64,000 nt of DNA from Patescibacteria group bacterium. Its GTDB lineage: Bacteria; Patescibacteriota; Patescibacteriia; Magasanikbacterales; GWA2-37-8. The stretch covers positions 64,001 through 128,000 of the forward strand of contig SCQK01000013.1 in the NCBI GenBank assembly GCA_004321885.1, in the 5' to 3' direction. This document shows positions 7,942 to 16,361 of the stretch, in pieces; the first letter of the stretch is position 1; the number at the start of each line of letters is the position of its first letter. Under the pieces are notes generated by a model. It searched no databases. It was given only the letters and a program-made list of their open reading frames with translations, and was not told the DNA's origin. The translations under genes were made by a program, and so were the position numbers.

Positions 7942-9000
7942 CTATTTTTTCTTCAACGTCGTTATCGGCCTACTTTGAGTAATGTATACTGTACCGCTTT
8001 CCATGGCCCATTCAATATCACAAGGGAAACCATAGTGTTGCTCAATTTTCTTGCACACCTTGGCCACTTCAATAATTTCTTTGCCGGTCAGCTTCTGCTT
8101 ACCCCCCTCTTTCTCACTCAACTCAATCCATTTGTTGGAGTCTCTCCCCTTTATAAGGGGAGAGTTAGTGAGGGGTAATTTCGCTTTCACCAACTTCTTC
8201 GTCTGTACTCCAACATTTATATCTACAATACTCATTTCGCTTTTGGAAACAATATAACTGTCGGGTGTAATCTGGCCGCTCACAATCGCTTCGCCCAATC
8301 CAAACCCGGCCTCAATAATCATCTGGTCGGGGTCTTCAGTAACCGGGTGCACAGTAAAGGCGATGCCCGAAATTTCCGACTGCACCATTTTCTGCACCAC
8401 TACCGCGACCGAAACATAATGGTCAATCAGTTTTTTTTCGTGACGATAAAAAATCGCGCGGGGGGTGAAAAGCGAAGACCAGCATTGCTTAACTTTTTCA
8501 ACAACGTTAACGCGCGTGGTGTTCAAATAGGTTTCCAGCTCCCCGGCCCAACTGGCCACGTCGCTGTCCTCGGCCGTAGCGCTGCTTCTCACCGCCACCA
8601 GGTTGTCATCCTGAACTTGTTTCAGGATCCCCGTTCGCCGTCTGTCATTCAGACCCCGCTTAGCGGGGGAGGAATCCCTCCCGCCCAACTCATCAAACGC
8701 CCCCAATATCTCATTCTCCAAATCTTTCGGCATGGGCGTGTCGTGTATCACATCGCGCAAAACATTACTCGCCTTGTCCACGCTGTTGGTGTCTTCGGGA
8801 TCCACGTCAGCCAATCGCGCCTCAATCTCTTCTTTCAATTTCGTTTCCTCAATAAATCTGTCAAACGCGCTCGCCAATACCACAAAACCCGGCGGCACAC
8901 GCAGTTTCGCTTTAGTCATCTCGCCAAGCGAAGCGCCCTTCCCGCCCGCGCTGGCCACATCTTTCTTGGAAATATCCTTAAAAAATTTTATGTGAGGCAT
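7942..9000 (-). CDS. Stand-alone PEP synthase / pyruvate phosphate dikinase N-terminal nucleotide-binding (PPDK_N, ATP-grasp) domain protein; carries three in-frame palindromic inserts
   Basis: VASAGGKGASLGEM, RSSATAEDSDVASWAGELETYLN, AVVVQKMVQSEISGIAFTVHPVT are PPDK_N hallmarks. No phosphohistidine or PEP-binding domain follows. Inserts [32 protein letters not shown] (elements at 8605-8630 and 8644-8680) and NSPLIKGRDSN (8143-8175). Confidence 0.8.
   Translation of the reverse strand: MPHIKFFKDISKKDVASAGGKGASLGEMTKAKLRVPPGFVVLASAFDRFIEETKLKEEIEARLADVDPEDTNSVDKASNVLRDVIHDTPMPKDLENEILGAFDELGGRDSSPAKRGLNDRRRTGILKQVQDDNLVAVRSSATAEDSDVASWAGELETYLNTTRVNVVEKVKQCWSSLFTPRAIFYRHEKKLIDHYVSVAVVVQKMVQSEISGIAFTVHPVTEDPDQMIIEAGFGLGEAIVSGQITPDSYIVSKSEMSIVDINVGVQTKKLVKAKLPLTNSPLIKGRDSNKWIELSEKEGGKQKLTGKEIIEVAKVCKKIEQHYGFPCDIEWAMESGTVYITQSRPITTLKKK
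8143..8175. repeat. Palindromic element, family D (CTCTCCCCTTTATAAGGGGAGAGTTAGTGAGGGG), in frame in the PPDK_N gene
   Basis: Reverse-complement copy at 22373-22405 in the PEP-synthase-like gene, where it encodes SPLYKGRVSEG. Confidence 0.7.
8605..8630. repeat. Palindromic element, family B (GTCATCCTGAACTTGTTTCAGGATCC), in frame in the PPDK_N gene
   Basis: Hairpin ATCCTGAA-CTTGT-TTCAGGAT; further copies at 30589, 31039, 44822, 54761 and inverted variants at 54820 and 55176. Confidence 0.7.
8644..8680. repeat. Palindromic element, family A variant (GTCATTCAGACCCCGCTTAGCGGGGGAGGAATCCCTC), in frame in the PPDK_N gene
   Basis: Similar copy at 43602-43640 in dnaX. Confidence 0.65.
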
Positions 9001-9036
9001 ATTTCAAAAGCAGTCGCTTTGGGCGACTGCCACGAA

Positions 9037-9453
9037 CTATTTAATATATTCACCGATGATCTTCATAAACTTTTTTATATCTCCACTTTCCGCTTTTAGC
9101 TCGGTCAAAAATCGTTTCATGTCAATGTCTTCGTACTTGTGCACTATCCTGTTGCGCAAACCGACTATCGGAGCCAGTTTTAGAGCAAACGCCATGGGCA
9201 AAATTTTATTCTGGCCAAGCGTGATAAATGTGCTTTGATAATCTTCGGGCGCCTGCAAATTTTTCTCGGCGATAATATGCGTGTTGATATCTACCATACA
9301 GTCCACAATGAGCTGAAACAAGCGCTCAATCGCGTGCAATTTCGTCTCATCCTGAATTAAATCAAAAACATCGTCTTCTAAAAGCGCGTCCAACTCTTTC
9401 TGATACCCGCCGATGTCGGTGAGTTTGTTGTAAATAAGCGTTTTGTTGGTCAT
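9037..9453 (-). CDS. hepT: HepT-like (DUF86) toxin, second pair
   Basis: Rx4HxY motif in RNRIVHKY; immediately downstream of a MntA-like gene. ATG at 9451-9453. Confidence 0.65.
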   Translation of the reverse strand: MTNKTLIYNKLTDIGGYQKELDALLEDDVFDLIQDETKLHAIERLFQLIVDCMVDINTHIIAEKNLQAPEDYQSTFITLGQNKILPMAFALKLAPIVGLRNRIVHKYEDIDMKRFLTELKAESGDIKKFMKIIGEYIK

Positions 9454-9462
9454 ACACACAAT

Positions 9463-9864
9463 TTAAGCCAAAAATTTTTGAAGTTGTTTATGCCTTAATT
9501 CATAAAGCGGTTTCGCCTCAACATATCTCTTAAACGCGTACATGCGAAATTTGGCAAACTCGCCGACTTTATCCTCGTATAGAGGAACTCCGTCTCGCCC
9601 TATTTGCAGCATAAGTAACGGCGACGCTCCGCGCGCGTTCACCACTTCCACGTCGCCGCGGCCAAATATATGGCAAAAATTTTCCCGCAACCCGGCTTCT
9701 TCATAATAAGAAATTGGCCCTTTTGTTTTGACGGCAATATCAATGTCGCTGTATTTATGCGTTTTTCCGCGCGCGGCCGAACCAAATAATACGACGAAAT
9801 CAAGACCAGCTTGTTTAGCCGCCTTTTTTATCGCTGTCTTTGTTGTTGAATTTATGACTTTCAT
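9463..9864 (-). CDS. mntA: MntA-like nucleotidyltransferase antitoxin, second pair
   Basis: GSAARGKTHKYSDIDIAV nucleotidyltransferase motif. Confidence 0.7.
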   Translation of the reverse strand: MKVINSTTKTAIKKAAKQAGLDFVVLFGSAARGKTHKYSDIDIAVKTKGPISYYEEAGLRENFCHIFGRGDVEVVNARGASPLLMLQIGRDGVPLYEDKVGEFAKFRMYAFKRYVEAKPLYELRHKQLQKFLA

Positions 9865-9908
9865 GATAAAAGTATAGCATTTTTGCAGTATTTTGCAAAT
9901 TTTTGTCT

Positions 9909-10229
9909 TTAATCAATTTTTCTCACAATTCCCTTCTCCGCGTCCACCTCCACCATATCGCCATTTTTAATCTTCCACAAAATTTCTTCCGAAAGACCGA
10001 CAATCGCCGGTTTGTTATTTTCGCGCGCCACAATAGCCGCGTGAGAAGTTACCCCGCCATGCACTGCCAAAATCGCCTTCACTTTTTTAGCCAGCGCCGC
10101 GTTTGGTTTGACTTGATTCAATAACACAATATTCTCTTCCGTGCAATGAGCAAATTGGTCAGTATGATTAATAATACAAACCAGCCCGCTCGCCTTGCCG
10201 GGACAAGCAGAAATTCCTTTGAATTGCAT
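9909..10229 (-). CDS. Stand-alone PEP-utilizing enzyme mobile (phosphohistidine swivel) domain protein
   Basis: HGGVTSHAAIVARENNKPAIVGL ... GDMVEVDAEKGIVRKI; 106 aa, only the PF00391-type swivel domain. Confidence 0.8.
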   Translation of the reverse strand: MQFKGISACPGKASGLVCIINHTDQFAHCTEENIVLLNQVKPNAALAKKVKAILAVHGGVTSHAAIVARENNKPAIVGLSEEILWKIKNGDMVEVDAEKGIVRKID

Positions 10230-10275
10230 AAATTATAAATAATGGCTTTGTTCTGCCATTATTTTACTCTTACTC

Positions 10276-10304
10276 TTGACAAAAGTCAAAAAATGTGCTA
10301 TATT
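10276..10304 (+). promoter_or_regulatory. Sigma70-type promoter TTGACA-N17-TATATT upstream of the high-GC histidine-phosphatase gene
   Basis: ttgaca (10276-10281), 17-nt spacer, tatatt (10299-10304). About 190-nt AT-rich leader, then RBS AGGAGAG and ATG at 10493. Confidence 0.55.
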
Positions 10305-10492
10305 GTTTTGTTGTGGTTTATTGGAAAATTGCGCTTTATTGCGCTATTTTCCGGCTATAACGTGAGTGTGTTGTTTTTTGAAAATTTGAGGTTTCTTTGG
10401 CCAGAAGTTGAATGCGTAATGCGAATATCTTTTGTTCGTAATGCGCAGTCAACTTCCACGCCCCACCGATGGGGCACACCAAGGAGAGGAAG

Positions 10493-11140
10493 ATGAAGAC
10501 CACGGTGCTGTTCACGAGGCACGAGGACCACAAAGACCAGGTCCTCCTGCCGGACGCGGTCGAGAGAGCGCGCATGCGCGGTCTGCGCCTGCGTGAGAAG
10601 GACTACAAGATCGACCGGGTCAAGGGCTCGCCCCTGCCCCGCGCCGATGCCACCGCCACCGAGATGATGACCGGCTACGGCCAGACCACGGACATCGAGC
10701 GCGAGGCGCGCCTCGGCGACTTCAAATCCGATCCAAGGACGCCGAAGGAGGCGGTGAAGGAGCTCAAGGCGAACGCGGTGGCCAAGCACGGGGATGACTC
10801 CGACTCCAACTTGGCCAAGGAGCTCATCAACACCCCCGCCCTGCACGACCTCCTCTTCGCCCGCGCGAAGGAAGGCGCCGAGGCCCTGCTGGAGATGGCC
10901 GCCGCCAACCCGGGCAAGACCATCCTGGCCGTGAGCCACGGCGTGGCCCGCATGGAGATCGTCCTGCGCTACCTGCGGGGCGTCCGCGACACCGCGCTCC
11001 TGGACATCGTCCCGGAGCTCATCGACCGCGGCGAGGTCATCAAGCTGACCTTCGAGGTCTCGGAAGAGTGGGACGACCTCGCCGAGACGCACCCGGCGCG
11101 GGCCGAGTTCGTCTCGGCCGAGCCCCTCCCGCTCCTCTAA
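10493..11140 (+). CDS. Histidine phosphatase superfamily (phosphoglycerate-mutase-like) protein encoded in a high-GC islet
   Basis: LFTRHEDH (RHG-type motif) near the N-terminus and ILAVSHGVARMEIVL (second catalytic His). RBS ccAAGGAGAGgaagATG. Local GC about 65% against about 40% background; the minus-strand 290-aa ORF is an antisense artefact. Confidence 0.65.
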   Translation: MKTTVLFTRHEDHKDQVLLPDAVERARMRGLRLREKDYKIDRVKGSPLPRADATATEMMTGYGQTTDIEREARLGDFKSDPRTPKEAVKELKANAVAKHGDDSDSNLAKELINTPALHDLLFARAKEGAEALLEMAAANPGKTILAVSHGVARMEIVLRYLRGVRDTALLDIVPELIDRGEVIKLTFEVSEEWDDLAETHPARAEFVSAEPLPLL

Positions 11141-11262
11141 CCCCCCATCTCGCCCGCGTTCCGCGGGCAACTCCAAACACAACTCACTGACACGGCGGTA
11201 CGCATCGCGCGACCGCCCAACTCTCAATGCTTTTCAACGAAAAACATTGAGCGTTACAAAAA

Positions 11263-11293
11263 ATCCTTCGCGTTTACGAAGGATTTTTTGTTT
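11263..11293 (+). terminator. Rho-independent terminator after the high-GC gene: ATCCTTCGCGTTTACGAAGGAT plus T-run
   Basis: Perfect stem TCCTTCG/CGAAGGA followed by TTTTTTGTTTCT. Confidence 0.7.
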
Positions 11294-11319
11294 CTCAATT
11301 TTAATACCAGCGCGCTATT

Positions 11320-12828
11320 TCAAATTCTCCTCACCACCCCTTTATACCCATCCACCTCCAACCAATCCCCATCTTTCACCACCTCGCGCACAAACCTGGT
11401 TTGTATTACTCCCGGAATTTTGGCTTCCCGCGCAAGCGTGGCCGGGTGCGTCGTAATACCATGCCCGCCATCGCAAACCAAACCTGCCGCTTTCATAATA
11501 GCTGTGGAGAAACTGGGTACCACTTGAATACTGACGATAATATCTCCCTTCTGCACTTTATCGCATTCATCGGGATGCAAAATTACACGCGCTGGCCCCT
11601 TGGCGACTCCGGGCGAAACCGGCATACCGGTAAACTCTTTAGCGTTCTTATCTACTTTACAGAAAAGATTAAACAATCTTTCGGCCTGACTTCTCTCAAC
11701 TATCTTCATTGGCTGTCCGCGCCGACAATACCACAACATCAGTTCTATCCTTTCGTTAATATCAAAAGATAATTCTTTTCCTTTGATCAAAGCCGTTCTT
11801 ATCTCTTCTATTTTTAAGTGCCTGACCTGATTCAGACTCAAATAGAATCTGCGGCCAATCTCTTTCAAAACGCTATCAAAATAATACAAAGATTCGGAAA
11901 CGTAGCGCTTGCGCAATTCTTTCAAGTAAGCCACATGGCGCATGGAATTGAAAGAATCTTGTTCTTGCTTGCTGAAGTTCAATCTGGCCAAATATCTCTT
12001 TCTTTCGCTTTCATTTTTAGCCAAGTTACCGACCAATTTCTCATATTCCTTCCTCACATTGAGTATGAGATAGCCGGTCAAACGTTGAACTATCGATCTA
12101 AAATCCAAAACGGAGTCTTCGTAATCACGCGTTACCCAAAAATAATTTCTTTCATGCTTCCTTATAAGATTACTAAGTTTAGAATCTTTTTTAATGGCGT
12201 CTATATCTTTGGTTGTGACCAGAGAAACCCAATGTTTATCGGCTAAAATCCTTAACGCCAATTCAAACAACGCCTTCAATTCAACAGTCGCCACCATGGC
12301 GCTGGGTTCGCGCGTTAAAATGTCCAAAACTACCGCGGCCTTCCTTTTGTCCGCCACTTTGCCTTCCACCATACGTAGCAGGTCGGCGATATAATGGTCT
12401 TCCGTAATCCAAATCCATCCGTACCGAGCGTACACCTCTTTGTATTTTTTTTCATAATCAGCGAAAAATTCGTACAATGTCTGATTGCTTATTCTTTCTA
12501 AATTAGAATTGCCTGCTTTCTTGGCAAAAGCCACTAAACGCGCACCGTAGATATGCTGTTCTTTAATGAACTTGCCGACCAATTTTGAATCATAATGAAT
12601 TTTATCGGACATGTCGCGAGCAACCTCTTCGTAACCCTTCCTACCAATAAACATGTAGTGTACGTTATGCGTGCAAAAATAAAGTACCTCTCCGAGGGCA
12701 AAGCCGACGGCACTTTTCATCTCATTGCAGACAGCCTCCATTGAAAAATAATTAGGAAACGGACTGACGCGTTGGCGTTGAGACTTAAATACCCAGTGGT
12801 CGATATCCGTTGAAAATTTAACTGGCAT
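11320..12828 (-). CDS. Paralog 1: unknown N-terminal domain (about 390 aa) fused to a C-terminal PEP-utilizing swivel domain (variant His loop)
   Basis: C-terminus MPVSPGVAKGPARVILHPDECDKVQKGDIIVSIQVVPSFSTAIMKAAGLVCDGGHGITTHPATLAREAKIPGVIQT...GDWLEVDGYKGVVRRI aligns with the other paralogs. N-terminus has no PPDK_N motifs. Confidence 0.7.
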   Translation of the reverse strand: MPVKFSTDIDHWVFKSQRQRVSPFPNYFSMEAVCNEMKSAVGFALGEVLYFCTHNVHYMFIGRKGYEEVARDMSDKIHYDSKLVGKFIKEQHIYGARLVAFAKKAGNSNLERISNQTLYEFFADYEKKYKEVYARYGWIWITEDHYIADLLRMVEGKVADKRKAAVVLDILTREPSAMVATVELKALFELALRILADKHWVSLVTTKDIDAIKKDSKLSNLIRKHERNYFWVTRDYEDSVLDFRSIVQRLTGYLILNVRKEYEKLVGNLAKNESERKRYLARLNFSKQEQDSFNSMRHVAYLKELRKRYVSESLYYFDSVLKEIGRRFYLSLNQVRHLKIEEIRTALIKGKELSFDINERIELMLWYCRRGQPMKIVERSQAERLFNLFCKVDKNAKEFTGMPVSPGVAKGPARVILHPDECDKVQKGDIIVSIQVVPSFSTAIMKAAGLVCDGGHGITTHPATLAREAKIPGVIQTRFVREVVKDGDWLEVDGYKGVVRRI

Positions 12829-12858
12829 AATTAACTGATAAAAATTTATTCAATTCTT

Positions 12859-14082
12859 TTAAATTTTTCTCACAATCCCTTTCTCCGCGTCCACCTCCAC
12901 CATATCGCCGTCTTTTAAAACCTTAGTCGCGATTTTCGTGCCGATAATACAAGGTATACCTAACTCACGGCTGACGATGGCAGCATGCGCGGTTAACCCT
13001 CCCTCGTCGGTCACGATAGCGGCCGCCTTTTTGACCGCCGTTATCAACGACGGCGTGGTCATGGATGAAACTAAAATATCACCCTTCTGCATCTTGACCT
13101 GATCTTCCCGCGTGATAACAATTTTGACCTTGCCGCGCACCTTTCCCTTGGATGCCACGAAGCCAATAATTTTATCCACCACCGCTGTTTTGTCTTCTTC
13201 AAAATAAAGCTTAAAATAATTCTGCGCCTTTTCGCCGCTTAAAATTTTTAATTTTCTCCGGCTGATCAGCAATATATAAAATTGTTGGCGGCGTTTCATT
13301 TCGCTTTCGGGCATTTTCTTGCCACCCAAATAATCGCGCAAGCTGACCGGATCGTACCAATCCAATTCAGCCAATTCTTTTTCGTTGTTGATGACCTTTC
13401 GCAAATGATCTAATAGCTGATCGTAAAGATAAGACGACACTCTTTCCCCCATTTCGTAAAAGTAAGTGAACCATGATAAAATTTCCGCAAGCTCTTTTTC
13501 TTTGGCGGTTAATTTTAGCCGTCGTGCAAGATCCTCTCTTTTTCTAATCAATCGCGGACTAGAACAATGCAATTGGTTTAATAGCCCGACAACCGCTTTC
13601 GGCACTGATAAAGTTGATAAGACATCGTCCAGCTCGCGCGCCGATACTTTCGCCGCCAGTAATTTTTTCAGCCGCTGTGCAACAGACTGCTCACCCCAGT
13701 AGCTATAGACAATAGCGCCACGCCCATAAGCGTGATATTTCATGAACAAACTGATGTAACTCCTCAAATCTTTGCGGGTCAAATTTTTATTCTCGTACTT
13801 TCTGCCCCAGTTATAACCTTGGATTAGCAACTTAACTATAATGTCACCCAAACGAGAAATATTTTTCCCTTTAAATTCTCGCAGAATAATTTTCTGCTGT
13901 CTTTTTTTGTCCGCGGGGTCAAAGTATAACGAGGTAACTCTGCCGCGGCCGACAATCGGACTTCTGGCTATTTTCGCCCGCCCAAATTTACCAATGCTCT
14001 GCGCATAAGCAATGGTGCGAAATCCGCGATCAAGCAAAGTATTTTCACGTGTTAATTGTTTGACGTATTTGACTTTGGACAT
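12859..14082 (-). CDS. Paralog 2: unknown N-terminal domain (about 300 aa) plus C-terminal PEP-utilizing swivel domain
   Basis: ...GKVKIVITREDQVKMQKGDILVSSMTTPSLITAVKKAAAIVTDEGGLTAHAAIVSRELGIPCIIGTKIATKVLKDGDMVEVDAEKGIVRKI. Confidence 0.75.
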   Translation of the reverse strand: MSKVKYVKQLTRENTLLDRGFRTIAYAQSIGKFGRAKIARSPIVGRGRVTSLYFDPADKKRQQKIILREFKGKNISRLGDIIVKLLIQGYNWGRKYENKNLTRKDLRSYISLFMKYHAYGRGAIVYSYWGEQSVAQRLKKLLAAKVSARELDDVLSTLSVPKAVVGLLNQLHCSSPRLIRKREDLARRLKLTAKEKELAEILSWFTYFYEMGERVSSYLYDQLLDHLRKVINNEKELAELDWYDPVSLRDYLGGKKMPESEMKRRQQFYILLISRRKLKILSGEKAQNYFKLYFEEDKTAVVDKIIGFVASKGKVRGKVKIVITREDQVKMQKGDILVSSMTTPSLITAVKKAAAIVTDEGGLTAHAAIVSRELGIPCIIGTKIATKVLKDGDMVEVDAEKGIVRKI

Positions 14083-14239
14083 AAATTAAAGCTTCCCCAT
14101 AACCCCCTTTAATATAGAACCCCGAAATTTGACAAATAACGTGCACATGTTATACTGATTATGGAATTGATACCGCTTCAAATAGTCCCGTTTATCGGGG
14201 CGTCCCGCAAGGGTAAGGAGCGGTATTTTTGTTTTACTC

Positions 14240-14869
14240 CTATTTCGGCCATCTTTGCACCCAAATCTCTTTGTCTGCCACGTATTTATAATAATTCGTC
14301 CAATCCTTTTTATTTTGAACTTTTCTGCTGACAACGCCGGTGATGTAATCAGCTACCTGCAGCAAATTATTTGATTTTGAACGCTGTTGTTTTAATTTTT
14401 TTATAACTTTCTTCCCGTTCGTATTTAACCGAACGCGCAAATATTTGGCAAGACGGCTGCGAAAATCCGGCGAACCTGACTTATCAAGTATTACTGTGGC
14501 GTTATTCAAATGCGGAAGCGCGTTGTTAAAAACCATCTGGCAGGCGTATTTGTAAAACGATTCTTTGGTGATAAAACCTGGCCCCCACAATTTATTTGGG
14601 TCTTTGTCTATCACGACTGCGAAGTATATAAAGCGATACGGCTGGATGGCCGATAAAAATCTTTCTTTTATCTTATCCGAATTAAAAGAAAAATGAAATT
14701 CAAAATCGGACGGCAAATCAAGCTCTTTTCGCAATAAATTAATCCGTTGGTCGCAAGATAGGGCGTCTTCATTGTCATCAAAAATAACCAAAGAAATTAT
14801 AAAATATCTGCTGGAACCGGATTCTGTTTTACGGCCGGTATCGCCGGCTTCATCTATAAAGACGAGCAT
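14240..14869 (-). CDS. DUF3800 family protein
   Basis: MLVFIDEAGDTG... start and LLQVADYITGVV motif are characteristic of DUF3800; it sits inside the paralog array. Confidence 0.6.
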   Translation of the reverse strand: MLVFIDEAGDTGRKTESGSSRYFIISLVIFDDNEDALSCDQRINLLRKELDLPSDFEFHFSFNSDKIKERFLSAIQPYRFIYFAVVIDKDPNKLWGPGFITKESFYKYACQMVFNNALPHLNNATVILDKSGSPDFRSRLAKYLRVRLNTNGKKVIKKLKQQRSKSNNLLQVADYITGVVSRKVQNKKDWTNYYKYVADKEIWVQRWPK

Positions 14870-14879
14870 AACTGTTAAT

Positions 14880-16361
14880 TCAAATTTTCTTCACAATCCC
14901 CTTTGTCGCATCCACTTCCACCATGTCGCCGTCTCTGAAAACCTTAGTGGCGATTTTCGTGCCAATCACGCAGGGAATACCGAGTTCGCGCGAGACGATA
15001 GCCGCATGGCAGACAATGCCGCCCATATCAGTAACTATCGCCGACGCCTTTTTCATGGCCGCCACGATTTCCGGTATGGTCATTTCCGAAACCAACACAT
15101 TTCCACTTACCATTTTTTTCATATCCTCTATGGTATTTACAATCGTTACTTTCCCTTTGGCCGCGCCCGGAACCGCGGTTTGCCCCCGCAGTTCTTGAAC
15201 TGATAAATCCACTTCTTCCTCACGAGCCATATTCATTTTTGACATTACGTATCTCGCTTCTTCGCCAACAATAAACTTGGATCCATTGGCGTCCACATAT
15301 AGTAAACTATATTTCCAACGTTCATTTAATTCATCCGCGTCGCACTGCCCGCTTCTAATCGCAGAAGGAACTTCTTGTGGCAAAAAATATCGCGCTTGAC
15401 GAATTGAAATAAGCAATCTTTTTGCTACTTCCCGCAGTATTTTATCAAGCGCATAAAATCCTAAAAATTGGTGCTCTTTGCTCCATGCCTTTTGATAAAC
15501 AAGGTCTTTGGTAACGCGAAATAAATGCTTGTGTTTTTCATCAATTTTTAAATTATCAAACCAGGCGTTTTGTTTTTTTTCAGCTTCAAAAAACTGATTT
15601 TTCTGACGCAAAATTTCTTGCTCAATATCGGTCCCAGCTTCTATAATCTCCTGAATATGCTTTACCACATCCTTCTCTGTCCAAGTCGGCCCTTCACAGG
15701 CAAAGGGCAAAAAACAATACTTCCGCGCATGCGCCGCAATTTTTTCCTCCCCAACGGATAATTGAATTTTGCCTTCCACAACTTCCTTCGCCAGCTCATA
15801 AAGTTCCAAATGTTCCTGTGTACCCAAAGCCGGCTTTGTCAGCGTGAGTAAATCAGCCAAAACAAGAACGGCATCTATATCAGGATTAAACTTTTTTAAA
15901 TAGTTCAATAAATATATTCCTAATTGTTCAAACGGAATTTCCAAAAGCCAACTCGGAACACGATATAAGTGTAATTCCGTCTGTAACGGCAACAGTTGTT
16001 CGTAAATTCGCGCGAGTTCTTCGTTGGATAACTTTGATAAATCACTCTCAATAATTTTCCAGGCATAATTTCTAAGCTGCGGTAAAATTTTATCTGATTT
16101 TACATGCATATCATCAATGAGCCGGGGATTTTCCACAATTGCTTCTAAAGTTTTTTTACCGGCCACTATCCATTCATTGCGAATATAGAATAACTTTGTC
16201 GCGCCGTTTTCATACAAAGGAAGGCTGTGTGCCACATCGGCAAGCCCCAGCTTGCTCAATTCGCTTGTCATGGCGCGAAAAGGCGGCTCCAATGTAATGG
16301 GAGGATACTGATACAACTTCTCAATCATTATCCATTCTTTTCTTAACAATTCTTCATTCAT
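14880..16361 (-). CDS. Paralog 3: unknown N-terminal domain (about 390 aa) plus C-terminal PEP-utilizing swivel domain
   Basis: ...GAAKGKVTIVNTIEDMKKMVSGNVLVSEMTIPEIVAAMKKASAIVTDMGGIVCHAAIVSRELGIPCVIGTKIATKVFRDGDMVEVDATKGIVKKI; 4-nt overlap with paralog 4. Confidence 0.75.
   Translation of the reverse strand: MNEELLRKEWIMIEKLYQYPPITLEPPFRAMTSELSKLGLADVAHSLPLYENGATKLFYIRNEWIVAGKKTLEAIVENPRLIDDMHVKSDKILPQLRNYAWKIIESDLSKLSNEELARIYEQLLPLQTELHLYRVPSWLLEIPFEQLGIYLLNYLKKFNPDIDAVLVLADLLTLTKPALGTQEHLELYELAKEVVEGKIQLSVGEEKIAAHARKYCFLPFACEGPTWTEKDVVKHIQEIIEAGTDIEQEILRQKNQFFEAEKKQNAWFDNLKIDEKHKHLFRVTKDLVYQKAWSKEHQFLGFYALDKILREVAKRLLISIRQARYFLPQEVPSAIRSGQCDADELNERWKYSLLYVDANGSKFIVGEEARYVMSKMNMAREEEVDLSVQELRGQTAVPGAAKGKVTIVNTIEDMKKMVSGNVLVSEMTIPEIVAAMKKASAIVTDMGGIVCHAAIVSRELGIPCVIGTKIATKVFRDGDMVEVDATKGIVKKI

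Noticed and set aside
10355-11227. 290-aa minus-strand ORF covering the high-GC islet
   Set aside because: Antisense to an ORF with clear histidine-phosphatase motifs and an RBS. Arg/Gly/Leu-rich low-complexity translation typical of spurious ORFs in GC-rich DNA.
14086-14334. 82-aa ORF between the DUF3800 gene and paralog 2
   Set aside because: Overlaps the DUF3800 3' end and a structured intergenic hairpin (ATACCGCT…AGCGGTAT). Lys/Arg-rich. No support.
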